Below are positions 38,552-50,999 of a stretch of DNA of 64,000 nt, piece after piece. The DNA is from Octopus vulgaris. Lineage: Eukaryota. Made by a program: the position numbers and the translations under genes. A model generated the notes under the pieces. That model was given only the letters and a program-made list of their open reading frames with translations. It ran no database searches and was not told the DNA's origin. Numbering within the stretch: position 1 is the first letter of the stretch; every line of letters starts with the position of its first letter. The stretch covers positions 98,766,001 to 98,830,000 of the forward strand of contig OX597818.1 in the NCBI GenBank assembly GCA_951406725.2, in the 5' to 3' direction.

Positions 38552-38605
<54 letters not shown>

Positions 38606-39659
38606 CCAATCAAAACGTTTTTAGACTTTCTTGGGAACAATTTTAATCATTTCAAAGAAGTTCAAAACTCTAGCCTTCATCAAAGCAGGATTCTCTGACC
38701 GCAATTCGCATTCACTTAATGAAGTTCCCCAAGGAAGTCCTCCAAAGTGGAGGTGTGCAGGACCCTTATCACAGCCTCCTTCGTCCTCAAAAAGACTGCT
38801 ACGGAGTTTCCCCTTCAGTTTACGGAACAACCAAAAGTCCCAAGGAAAAAGGTCTGCTGGTCTGTAGGGAAGATGAGAGGCAGTTTGATGCTCAGCTCTG
38901 TTAAATAGCTTGTACTAGCTGTTAAATAGATCGTTCCAGATAATTAGCAAACGAATAGGTAAAAAAAATCTAGTGACTTCTGAAAATTTTCGGTTAAAGA
39001 CACGTTGATATTAATTATTCAAATATGCTCTTCTCTTTCTCCTAATGTCTGAGATATTACAGCCTTCGCTCCTCCCTCATTTAACTGGTCAGCTAGTTGC
39101 AGCGTACCGTCTGCATCGAATCGTACTTACTCAACATTTCATTTTGTCTTTCGTATTCAGAACTATAGATCTCAGCAATTCTGAATTATTAGACATGAGA
39201 TATTCTTAAAGATATTAGATAACAGATGTCCAAAGCTAATTTTAAAAATTACTTTTTACAATTTTCAAGAAAAATCGGTGTTAATGTGGTTATTATTTGA
39301 ATCACATAGATTCAATAACTAAATAACTAACCCCACATTCAAATATGTTTGCCATTTTAAAATTTAACCCAGCATTTTGTAAATATTTCGTTTGATTTTG
39401 AAGTGAAAAATTAGAATTTATTTGTACTTTAATTACATTTCTACATTTAATATATTGAAGCGTTATTCTAGATATTTAGAAAATACAGTATTAATAATTG
39501 ATTACACATTACTTTTCTTATTTAGAAGCGTATTACAATTTTGCGGCTGTTACAAGATACTCGTATTCATTATCCATGTAATATATGTGTATGTGTGTGT
39601 ATACATAATACACACATATATACATGCATACATGCATACATGCATACATACATGTAAGG

Positions 39660-40107
39660 TGGCCGCAGTTCAAAGCAGTAGTCCAGACGTCTGAGGATAA
39701 ATGTGCTCCATTGGACCAACATAGTTTCTTGGTCCCTTGTTCTGAAGGTTCTCAAAATCCATCCAGCCATTTGCCTGCACATTGCCACAATATTGGTGAT
39801 ATGCATGTGATATATATATATATATATATATATACATACACACACACACACACATATTGGTGATATGCATCGTTGCTTATATCAATCCACAGATCACACA
39901 CGATATGTGATTCTAGGATTGCCGCACCTTTTTGACGAACCAGATATCGTTTTTGTGACTTCTGAGCACCAATTAGCTGGTAGCGGAGGGCTTGGAATTT
40001 TCGTGCATTAAATTTATGTTGTACTCTTCAGTCCATTTACATATGGTATCTGAGTCTTTCTGCAGAAGATTAGCATCAGAAGGTTCCTTGACTGCTTGTA
40101 CTACTTT

Positions 40108-40110
<3 letters not shown>
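39660..40110 (-). mobile_element. CR1/L2-like LINE RT C-terminal fragment interrupted by microsatellite
   Basis: LQKDSDTICKW.EE and CRQMAGWILRTFRTRD..FILRRLDYC motifs. Confidence 0.6.
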
Positions 40111-40157
<47 letters not shown>

Positions 40158-40185
40158 AATAATAATTATTGTATTTGCAAAGATG

Positions 40186-40244
40186 ATCACACTGATGAGT
40201 TGCAGACAATTACGTAAGCATAACAACGAAACCGGGTTTGTGAT
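40186..40244 (+). ncRNA. Type I hammerhead ribozyme, canonical core
   Basis: AUCACA-CUGAUGA-GUUG(21-nt loop)CAAC-GAA-ACCGGGU-U-UGUGAU. Perfect 6-bp stem I and 4-bp stem II. Lies in a ~240-bp insert between (TA)n tracts. Confidence 0.8.
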
Positions 40245-40395
40245 TAATCTATATTTTGTATCTTTTCATTTGTCTTGCTCGCTTACGTTCTGGCGTTTGC
40301 TAAATTTTTTTTGAGAACATTCCTTTCCTAGTGGTAAGACCATAGCGAATCTTCTTCTAGCATAATGGATGTCCACTTACAGGTCATCCCTCTTA

Positions 40396-40443
<48 letters not shown>

Positions 40444-41289
40444 ATTCCTTTTTGTTTGTATTTTAATTAGATTTTAAACTGTTAAGTAAATTAAAAAAGA
40501 ATTCATTTTTCTGCCGTTGAAAATACAAAACTTGAATAATAGTTTAAGAGGAATTATTAGCAAAAAATGAATATGATAGCCTGTGGAGTATTATCATATA
40601 TACAAATCGATGTGGTAGTTTTCTAGATTCTGATCTTATGTGTTTTTTGTAAACTCTGTCGTACATGACTTTGTCACTACAGAAGATACTACTGTATATG
40701 GTGTTAAACTTATAGAATCCATGGAGAGTGGACTGTTGAGTCTCATCCTATTTTGACTGCTACTACTTATTACAAATGTAAACTTCTTACTTAAAGCTAA
40801 CTACAATGAGGTGATGAGATGGAACGAAGCAAATAATCCCTCTGACAAAAGAAGACAGTCAATTAAGTTATCATATGTTTATTGTGAAAGGAAAGGCGTG
40901 GAATGGAACAGTAAATTTGATTATGATATAAAAAGCTTGCAAAATATTCATGAATTTTATTGGATATTTTAAACATTTGAAATACACAATGTATTATGTA
41001 CTTTTTCGATTATTTAGTGCAGAGCTTTCATAGAATTTCAGCCACTCCTGAAAAAAGAATGAGATCTTTTTAATATATTTCCGAGTATAATACGTAGGCA
41101 GCGTCTTAGAATTTTGTGAAAATATGATTTGTCTTTTCTTCATTTATTTAATATACACACTCCCTTGAAACCTTGCACATTTGTTTGAATTTTCTGCAAA
41201 TATTATAAGCGGACGTAGCAGACATTACATTTTCATAATAGTTAAATTTTATACTGAACACACACCGGCATGTTCACTTTTCCATCTAA

Positions 41290-41367
41290 CTCTCTCTCTC
41301 TCACTCTTTTTCTTTCTCTCTTCCTATCTCTCTCTCTTTCTCTCACTTTCTTTCATTCTCTCTCTTC

Positions 41368-41442
<75 letters not shown>

Positions 41443-41589
41443 TAATTATTCCCAGACAAATTCTGTGCAGCACGGAATTTTGTCAGTGAATAGGTCAAAA
41501 TAAATTTAAATGTTGAAATAAATTTAACGGTTTTTGTGTATTTTTAAGTGGCTTATAAACACGTTCCACGCTGCAATAGTTTGTACACA

Positions 41590-41670
<81 letters not shown>
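41290..41670. repeat. (CT)n, (CA)n and (TA)n microsatellites flanking a deleted copy of the 3.2-3.3 kb repeat
   Basis: Direct reading. 41465-41575 matches the reverse complement of 3200-3340. Confidence 0.8.
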
Positions 41671-42093
41671 TGTACTGGGAGAAGAAGAAACGAAACGAAA
41701 CGGAACGAATCGAATCGACGCGAAGGCGCTCAGTCATACAATAGTGTAATAAATAAAATATATGCATACATACATAGATATATGTACGTACCTACATCTA
41801 CATGTATATATACATGTGCACATATAAATATATATACGTGAGTACAGGACACCACAAATAGACGCAGAACTCAACGAGAACGAAAACGTAAAAACAAGTA
41901 TGGAACAAACCTTTTTTTTACAAAGAAAAAAAAAGAGTACTAGACAAACTACATATATATATATATATATACAAACAAGAGAGACAGAGGCAGGCAGAAA
42001 CAAGGAAAACACTTGTATTTGAACACTATGCAAATATTCTTTTAAAAAACTTTTCTTTCAATTTTTCCAAAATTTAATTGTTTTCCATACTTA

Positions 42094-42129
42094 CAGTTGA
42101 AAAAGTCTCAATGACTGGAATCGGCACTG
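42094..42129 (+). ncRNA. Degenerate hammerhead-like motif, U3:A8 variant
   Basis: CAG-UUGAAAA-AGUC(UCAAU)GACU-GGA-AUCGGC-A-CUG. GAA is mutated to GGA and stem III is imperfect. Confidence 0.3.
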
Positions 42130-42213
42130 AAATGTATTTTATAAAATTATTTTAGCATTTTCTATTTTGACTTTTTTCCATATATATCAACTCGTGTGTT
42201 CCTTACCAACCTT

Positions 42214-42249
<36 letters not shown>

Positions 42250-42252
42250 CAC

Positions 42253-42299
<47 letters not shown>

Positions 42300-42300
<1 letters not shown>

Positions 42301-42707
42301 TTTACTCTTTTACTCTTTTACTTGTTTCAGTCATTTGACTGTGCCCATGCTGGAGCACCACCTTTAGTCGAGCAAATCCACCCCAGGATTTATTCTTTTT
42401 AAGCCTAATACTTATTCTATCGGTCTCTTTTGCCGAACCGCTAAGTTACGGCGACGTAAACACACCAGCATCGGTTGTCAAGCGATGTTGGGGGGGGGGA
42501 CAAACACAGACACACAAACATATACACACACACACACACATATATATATATGTACATATATACGATGGGCTTCTTTCAGTTTCCCTTTACCAAATCCACT
42601 CACAAGGCTTTGGTCAGCCCGAGGCTATCAGCCCAAGGTGCCACGCAGTGGGACTGAACCCGGAACCATGTGGTTGGTAAACAAGCTACTTACCACACAG
42701 CTACTCC

Positions 42708-42710
<3 letters not shown>
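42300..42710 (-). mobile_element. tRNA-derived SINE (family K) with internal (TG/TA)n
   Basis: Head GTAGCTGTGTGGTAAG..GGTTCAGTCCC and tail GACTGAAACAAGTAAAAGAG. Related copies at 54099-54530 (+), 53424-53485 (-), 56965-57110 (-) and 9535-9585 (-). Confidence 0.8.
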
Positions 42711-42789
<79 letters not shown>

Positions 42790-43052
42790 TAGACACACAC
42801 GCACGCATATATATATATATATGTATTGTTAAAAGGGATAGCCGTAGCGTTACTGATTGGGTGATAGACAAGATATTAGTAGATACCAACGTCGTAATAA
42901 AAATTATAGAGTAACACAGGAAATATTTAAGAAATAAATGAAGATTCAGAGAATTGTAAATGAAAAGCACGATAATTAAAATGAAAGAAAACGACATTAT
43001 CGGGAAGGCTGTACTGTTTTGGAGGAATCGTTGATAGTTCAGCTATTCACTA

Positions 43053-43600
43053 CTAGCAGCATAGCCCGGCGTTGCCCGGGTATGTAAGAGCCTCTAGTAG
43101 GCAACCACTAATCCCAATCTAGTCCTTACCCTCTAGGGAACGAAGGCGCATGTGTAGGTTGCAATGTCTTCTGTGTATACGATGTTCCTAGCTGTCCCTT
43201 TGGGCGAAAACCTGATTTCCCAAAATGGCATGATTTTATCGATTTTTTCTGATGGTAAGGTATTGCATGGAAAACTAACGTCAGAATTAAGTTTCTTAGG
43301 GTAACATTAAGCTTCACCATGAGTTTGGTGAAAATCGACTGCAAGTTGCGAAAATTACAATAGAAAATGTGTTGCATATAAAAAGCTGAGATTCTCGACC
43401 CCATGTCGAATTTATCGATTCTTTTCAAAACTGGGGGAACTTTTCAAAATTTTCGCTGCGTTAGTTTTGAATTATGACTTTGGGCTATGTGTGTGTTTAG
43501 TTTCATCAGAATCGGTTGAAAGCCGTGGTCAGGGTGAAGGTACAACCTGACAGACACACAGACACACAGACAGACAAACTGCCGTTTATATATAGAGAGA
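43053..43600 (-). mobile_element. Complete non-autonomous Helitron
   Basis: Minus strand: A|TC 5' end, (CTGT)n near the 5' end, subterminal hairpin CCCGGGCAACGCCGGG, CTAG|T 3' end. Inserted in an A-T dinucleotide with no TSD. Confidence 0.8.
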
Positions 43601-44037
43601 TTTTCCCTTGTTTTCGTTTTCTGTCTATTACTTTCGCTACGTATTGTGTTTGCTTTCTTCTTTTTGTTCCTTCTTTTTTTCTTCTTTCCACTGAATTCTT
43701 TCTATCCCACACCCTATCTCATAAGAATTAAACATAAATATTCAAAGTCTATTAATTTTCAGTCACAACTTGCTTCCTCGAGATTCTGTGCAGCCGTAGG
43801 TGAAACTCAAAGTAGACAGAGACTGACGAGATCGAAATTTATCAGTGTGTATGTGTGTGTGTGTGTGTGTGCTTGCAAGCGCGCGTGTGTTTGCGCGCGT
43901 ACGTGTGCATCTACGTGTGTATGTGTATGTATGCGTGTATGTATGAAGTTGGGTGAGTAGGTATACATAGATGATCCTATGTAGATATATATGTATGTAT
44001 ATACATATATATATATGTGTGTGTGTATGTGTGTGTT

Positions 44038-44080
<43 letters not shown>

Positions 44081-44083
<3 letters not shown>

Positions 44084-44138
44084 ATTTTAAGCAGCAGAAA
44101 ATTCAACAAAATCAGAATTTTCTGCTGCTTAAAATAAA
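44081..44138. repeat. Perfect 24-bp inverted repeat with 10-nt loop
   Basis: TTTATTTTAAGCAGCAGAAAATTC-AACAAAATCA-GAATTTTCTGCTGCTTAAAATAAA. Confidence 0.9.
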
Positions 44139-44207
44139 GCATATTACTCTACCACTGGTATTTGAGTACTCTTTTTCCACCTTGTTTCACATTTATGTGT
44201 TTACTCC

Positions 44208-44257
<50 letters not shown>

Positions 44258-44368
44258 TATGTTTATGTACATTTATATGTGTGTGTGTGTCTACGTGTGT
44301 GTGTATGTATGTGTGTATGCTTATCTACATGTAAATGCGTGTATGTCTGTGTAAATGTATACGCAAAC

Positions 44369-44471
<103 letters not shown>

Positions 44472-44884
44472 GAATTTATGTTGTGACAATGTGCAAGAAT
44501 ATCATGAATATATATGATAGTGGAAAATACCACCGAGATGCTTTCTTGGAATATAGTAGGGTCTCCTCTGTGTATTATAGATTTTTTGACTGAGAGACTT
44601 CGATGAACTGTGGTTCTGCAAGCTGTTAGTGGACAAAAACTCCTACCATAATTGTTGTTAGAAATACAAAAAGTAGATAAAATCAGTGAGATCAGTTGAC
44701 ATTTCTTGACAATCTACATTGAAACTGGAATGGATTTCGTCCTTAAATCGAAGTTTTCCATTCTCTGTATTATATAATAGCCTACCATACAATTATTAAG
44801 TGTTATCAATGACATTTTCTTTTTCTGTTTTTAAAGCTTCTCAGAGAATATTATCTGTTCTTTGGATTATAAAATAGTGATAAA

Positions 44885-45030
44885 ATGAAGAGTTATTCTC
44901 ACGCATCAAGTATTCGTCAGCTATGCTACGAAACTATTCCACAAAGATTGTTTCGTTATGCGCTTGAAGATCCAGAAAAGGTAGCATTTGTTTATTATGA
45001 CAACAAAATGCAACGAACACAGATAACACG
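44885..45030 (+). CDS. First coding exon of ANL-superfamily / acyl-CoA synthetase-like gene
   Basis: ATG at 44885 with in-frame TAA upstream at 44870. By coordinates 146 nt (48 codons + 2): MKSYSHASSIRQLCYETIPQRLFRYALEDPEKVAFVYYDNKMQRTQIT. Phase-2 donor CG|GTAAGT. An upstream polypyrimidine/AG acceptor at 44835-44836 implies a non-coding 5' exon. Confidence 0.75.
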
Positions 45031-45718
45031 GTAAGTACTATCATATTTTAATATTTTCTCTGGGATATTTCCACTTTCCTTATTGGAAAGATTTAATACA
45101 GGGCTTTAGAACCTTTCATAGCTCAGCGGCACCTATCACAAAATAACGTCTTTTAAACACGCTTTTTGGATGTATTGCAAAACAAAAAGAAGATTATTTC
45201 AGTCAAAAAGAACCTTATTTAGCGAAGTGATTTATTTACCATATTTCAGTATAGTATCCCATCCAATATGTATCTATTTCCAGAAAGAGAGAAATTATAT
45301 AATGAAATTACATTAGACTTTGGCGCATGTTTTCTTCTTACAAATAACACACTATCCTATTAACATTTTAATCCAACAAAAAATTTTTTTTAGTGTTTAT
45401 CAGATATATGTACGTGGGATCTTAAGCTGTATTTCTAAAATAAACATCACTCAATATATAAGAACCGGAGCACTTCAACATAGTAATGATGTGCTCTAGA
45501 ATATAGAAAATATATATGTAGAATATAATTACAAATTGAGATAGTATTATCTGGTAATTGATTATTGATTAAAGTGTATTCCTCCATTTTCTTATTTTGT
45601 ATGTAGAATATATATATATATAGACTAGAATACATACATACATACATACATACATGCGCACACACGCACACACAAACACACACACACACTCACACACTCA
45701 CACAAACGCACACACACA

Positions 45719-45761
<43 letters not shown>

Positions 45762-47097
45762 CCTGAAAATGTTTCTTTGTGAAGGTTTCTTTCCTACTTC
45801 CCATAAAGAAAAGACATTATATGTTGATTAAACATCCTCCCGTAGAAGTATACACAAGTTCAGTTACTAAATTTCACTTATGATTTTGTGATTGGCATCC
45901 TATGAGGACCGTTTTGGTAAGAACAGTGATTATCGTAAATTAGAGGAAGGTAGCCAATATCACTGGGTATATTAAACGAGTCATAACTTATGAAATTACG
46001 TACATATATTAGTATTGAGTATCTATTGACCATTTATTTGCCTTTCTTTTTTGAATTTGGGTCTAGAAATAGCTTGTACAGAGACGTCATGTAAGTTACT
46101 GAAAGCCAATATTATATTTGCTAGTTTCTGTGAACACAATTACAATTAGAACAACATTAAAATATATATTCCTGTGGCCAGTGAAAGATATATGATGATT
46201 TCTAATATAAATCCTAATAGCGAAAACTGAAAATCAGTTTGCCATTCTGCTGTAGTAGCTTATCCGCAGCCATTAAATTATATGAATATAAGTCACATAG
46301 TGATGCATACAATTTATAACTCAAAGAGATGAGCTAAATATCAATATTTCTCATGAATTGTAAGGCAGTGAGGTGGCAGAGTCGTTACCACGTCTTTTCA
46401 TCCTGAGTTCAAATTCCGCATTTTGGGGTCAATAAAACAAGTACTAGCTGAGTACTGGAGTCGATGTAATTGACTTACCTCTTCTTCGAAAATCAACCAT
46501 TTATTTCCCCTACACAGATCCTAATACCAGTTGCATAGATTTTATTTATGAAAGCCAGCCATCCTATTTCATCAGGTTCAATATGCATTCATGAGAAATT
46601 AATTCAGTATATATTGTTTTCAAATTTTGGTACAAGGCCAGCAATTTCAAGCGAGGGTGTAAAGTCGATTACGTAGGCCGCAGTGCTCAGCTAGTTCTTG
46701 TTTTATTGATTGACCGCGAAAGAGTATATATGTATATATACCAGCCTAGGGAGTGGAGCAGGTAAAATCCAGGCTACGTAAATTTCCTATCTAGCAGATC
46801 CTCAGAGATAATAATTACCCGAGAAGTACTCCGCTAGCTACTCGTCAAAGGAAGATGCCTTAATTGTATGAAGGTTAAATTGTCGTTAAAGAGTCTCACG
46901 TTAACTCGCCAGAGGCATATATAGATACATACATACATACATACATACATACATCATACATACATACATACAATATATATATATATATAAATATATTGTA
47001 TGTATGTAGCATAATCCTCAAACACTTAAATATATTTGTAACATGCATTCAACTTACCGACGTATTATCTGCATTTCCTTTATTATTTTCTTTCAAG

Positions 47098-48538
47098 GAG
47101 AGAACTCTACGAAGGTACTGAAGCGTTTGCAAAGTTCCTTGTGGGAAAAGGAATCAAGAAAGGTGATCGAATTGCCCTCTGTGTATCGAACTGTGTTGAG
47201 TGGATGACATATGACAGCGGTATTATGTTGGCAGGAGGATGTTCGGTGAGACTCTGGGCCGGACAAGCTGATTTCTTACCCATGTTAGAAGATTGTGTGG
47301 CAGCAATTTTTGATTCAGATCCAACCTTTTACAATAAGTTACTTAAGGTGGCAGATATTTCCGAAAACGGTAAAGTGGCCAGTGAAACTTTTCCTAACCT
47401 GCGTTTAGCTATAAACGTTTCTGAAATAAAGTCTTTACGTACAACCAACTGCCAAAACATTAACCTTCCCCACATGGAAGCCGAAGATGTCACAATCATT
47501 GTGAAAACGTCTGGGTCAACAGGGAAACCTAAGCGGGTTACTCATAGCAGCTTTGATATCATCAACTGTGCATCGTGTTATTGTGAGAAAGCTGGTATAA
47601 CACAGAATGATGCAGTTTTTAATGAACGTTATTTTGGCTATGGTGGATCATATCCTCTCTCATTTGTGGCAACTGGGTGTAAATATGTCTCTGCAGATAT
47701 GTGTAGCTTAAACTGCCCAAAGGATTTCCAGAAACTTAAGAATCTCTTAACGAAGGAGAGCTGTAATATTTCATCTATGATTCCAGCTGATTTACGTTTA
47801 TGTACAGGTGATAAACCGATTTTAGATTTAGTTATGTTAGCTGGTGATATACCTTCCTATGATGCTATGAAACAAGGTTTATTTTGGACAAAAACTATTG
47901 ACAACTTTCTTACAACTGCCGAAACCCTAATGATTGCAGTGAGGAGATTCAGCAAGGATAATATTGGGGAATATTATCCGGGACTGATAGGTCCACTACT
48001 ACCTAATGTGGAAGCGAAAATTGTTGATGACCATAACAATATTGTCGATATCGGAAAAGATGGTTATTTATGTGTACGAAGTAGGTGGTGTACGAAAGTT
48101 TCAGCTGATGGGAAACCAGTTCTAGATGATGGATGGTTTAAGACAAGAGACATTTGTAAAATGACTGAGGATAAGGAAATAATTATGCTTGGCAGAGACG
48201 TTGACTTCATTCTGAAGTCAGCGAGAAAAGTGCCAATTAAATTTGTTGAGAATCATGTACAGCGTCACCCAGATATTGATGGCGTTGTAGTTGTTCCTGT
48301 TCCGGATGAAGAACATGAATTCAAAGTTTGTGCTTGTGTCATTATGAAATCTGGGAAAAGGTTTGATGAGAAATCAATCCTTAAGTTCTGCAATGAATAT
48401 ATGCCTCCACCAAGTTTCTTCGATTATGTAACATCCACCCCTGACTGTTTTATTCAGTTTGATAGGTTTCCTAAACTAGGGAACGGAAAAGTTGACAGAC
48501 TTTCAATAAAAGATTTAGCGATTAATCGTTTAACTTAG
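47098..48538 (+). CDS. Second coding exon of AMP-binding acyl-CoA synthetase-like (ACSF2/luciferase-like ANL) enzyme; total ~528 aa
   Basis: Acceptor TTTTCTTTCAAG|G gives an in-frame join (..QIT-R-RELYEGTEAFAKFLVGKGIKKGDRIAL). P-loop TSGSTGKPK, GWFKTRD, GR..D, PKLGNGKVDR. Stop TAG at 48536-48538. Confidence 0.88.
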
Positions 48539-49368
48539 AGTACAAAATTGGGTGATGTAAGAATATACTCCACTGACTATTTCGGTTTCTTTTCTTTTTG
48601 ACTTTGGTAATTAAAAACGAAATGTTATCTTTGAAAGTATATTGTGAGAACTGATCAGAAATTAACTCATAATTGCACAGCTGACTTTAATTGTGATTAT
48701 ATTTTACAATATTCCTACATACTTGCCTTTGTTTTATCTATTTACTAATAGTGCACTTTGACTACGGAATTTAAAACGTCTTCCTCACGACTTTTTATTC
48801 TCATTTTATCGTTTGATGTTTTTGGGTAAGAAAAGAGTCACGATATTACTTTTCTTCTTCTATAATGCTATATGTGGGCGGTTTTTTAAATTTATATTTT
48901 TCATCAGTAGTAAATGTTATCAATTATACATTCATATATATAATGATTGCTCTGTCTGATCAAATTTATTTGATAAATGACAAATTTTGCATTGTATTCT
49001 TTTTTCTTTTTCTAATAAAAATAATGAGTGAAATTTTTGCGTTCTCTTATTTTATATTGCAAAATAATGCAATTACAATTTATTACTATATAAGTTGCTA
49101 GCTGTTGAAAGCTACTAGGATTTTATGAACGTATCTCAAGAGTTATTGTTCTGTTAAGGTATCAGTAATAGTGGAAAATCAGTTACCCTACTATTGTAGT
49201 CGAATAGAGTGTTACAGCCGCTATTGCTTCCTGATTTTCTTCTAAAGTAGTTAGGCTAGCAATAATGTTCTTGAGACATATAATATCTTCATTGCATATT
49301 CACATTGTTAGTACTCAAATATTTTGAGTGTAATAATGTTTCAATCTGGGATTACACAGCAACTGCAA

Positions 49369-49741
49369 GGAGGCGCAATGGCCCAATGGTTAGGACAGCG
49401 GACTCGCGGTCGGGGGATCGCGGTTTCGATTCCCAGACCGGGCGTTGTGTGTGTTTATTGAGGGAAAACACCCAAAGCCCCACGAGGCTCCGGCAGGGGG
49501 TGGTGGCGACCCCTGTTGTACTCTTTCGCTCCAACTTTCTCTCACTCTTTCTTCCTGTTTCTTGTCCCCGATTTCCTACGCAACCGCTGAGCCTGGATGC
49601 GCATTCATCCATCCGTCGATGCTCTCGGTGTCGGGGGTTTACCTGCTTTCTCTTCTGCGGGTCTTACGAATAGCAAAGGACCACGTTCTGGACTCCTCCC
49701 ATCTTGCAAGCTCTGGGACGAAGACCGTTCGCTCAACAGCT
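49369..49741 (+). mobile_element. SINE family R, tail type B, with 13-bp TSD
   Basis: Head as at 5795. ACAGCAACTGCAA is duplicated at 49356-49368 and 49742-49754. Confidence 0.85.
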
Positions 49742-50399
49742 ACAGCAACTGCAAATGCTATAGAAACGAGAATATCAGCAACAGCAAGCACAACATTAAT
49801 GACAACACTGTCAGGCATTTCTATTTGTCGAATTGATAAGTACCGCTTGGATTTGTTGACTATACTAATATTAAGAAAGAAGAAAAATATCAAATCATCC
49901 AGATCGCATCTACAAAGAAAGCATTTTGCGGGGTCAGAGTATACGAACTACATAATTTGTCAATACTATCGGACGGTAGGATACACTGACTGAAATTTTG
50001 TAAACTACAGTATACAAAGAAATATACTTGATTACGAGAAGCTGATTGTCTCATACTCACACTGCAATATTAAACTACTCGTATTCATGAGTTGGACGGG
50101 AGTTGAATGAGGTGGTCAACAAACAGCAGTACATTTTCCTTAAAGGGAGTCATTGATTAAGTTTAATAAGGGCTAGCACAATAGAAAACAATATCCTAAA
50201 GAATAGCTAGTAATAATGTTAGAAAGGAGAGTTAAGAAATTCATATTTGACGTGTTAGCATAGAAAATGAGAATTTCTGTAACAAGAAATACAACTGAGC
50301 GAAAAATCATTCGATGGGCCGTTTGCTATAAAAAACACGGTTTTGGTTTTTGACGGATAAGAACGAATATGTGCTTTTCGATTCAGTGCGGTGTAAAAT

Positions 50400-50950
50400 C
50401 TTTTAACAACTCTATTTGCAACAGTCTGGGTAAGACGGTGTATGGCGATGGTTACCTTGACGGTCTAACCATGATTCTCAATAGATTTCATGTGAAATGA
50501 AAAGCCTAAAATGGCAGCCGAGATATAAGACGAACTGTGTAATTGTTCCGCTACTTTCACTATGGTATTCGCAAATGTATATCGCAAATGGGGCGGATTT
50601 AAAAGTATATTCAGTTATGGGAACCGAGGAGTAGTTTCGTTGTTTAGAAAGAATTGGGCACTGATTAATATTGATAAATCTAAAGCTTTTCATGAGGTTG
50701 ACCATGACTACGTAGCGATTAAGCACCGCTCGTGTTATATTCTGTTCATGGAAGCTGGAACACTCCGAGCAGCAGCAGCAATTATTCAACCAACAGACGC
50801 AGTAATAAGCCATAAGAACCGTTTCGAACCGTATGGTGAATTCGTCAAGGTACGCTCTTTTTGCTTTGGGACGTGTTGATAAATTGCTTGAAAGTTTGTT
50901 ATGTCGGAAATCATACAACTGAAAACGGAATATTCTAGTTTGAGTCAAAA
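50400..50950 (+). mobile_element. Degraded L1/Tx1-like RT fragment
   Basis: ALINIDKSKAFHEVDHDY resembles the LD..KAFDRVDH.Y RT motif. Confidence 0.45.
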
Positions 50951-50999
50951 GTGTTTTTCGTATTTCAAACTATAATTAATACTTCGAACAAATTACGTG

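Noticed and set aside
47141-48538. Single-exon 465-aa ORF suggesting a bacterial horizontally acquired gene
   Set aside because: The listed start is an internal GTG. A phase-compatible upstream exon with canonical splice sites supplies the N-terminus, and nothing in the sequence alone supports HGT.
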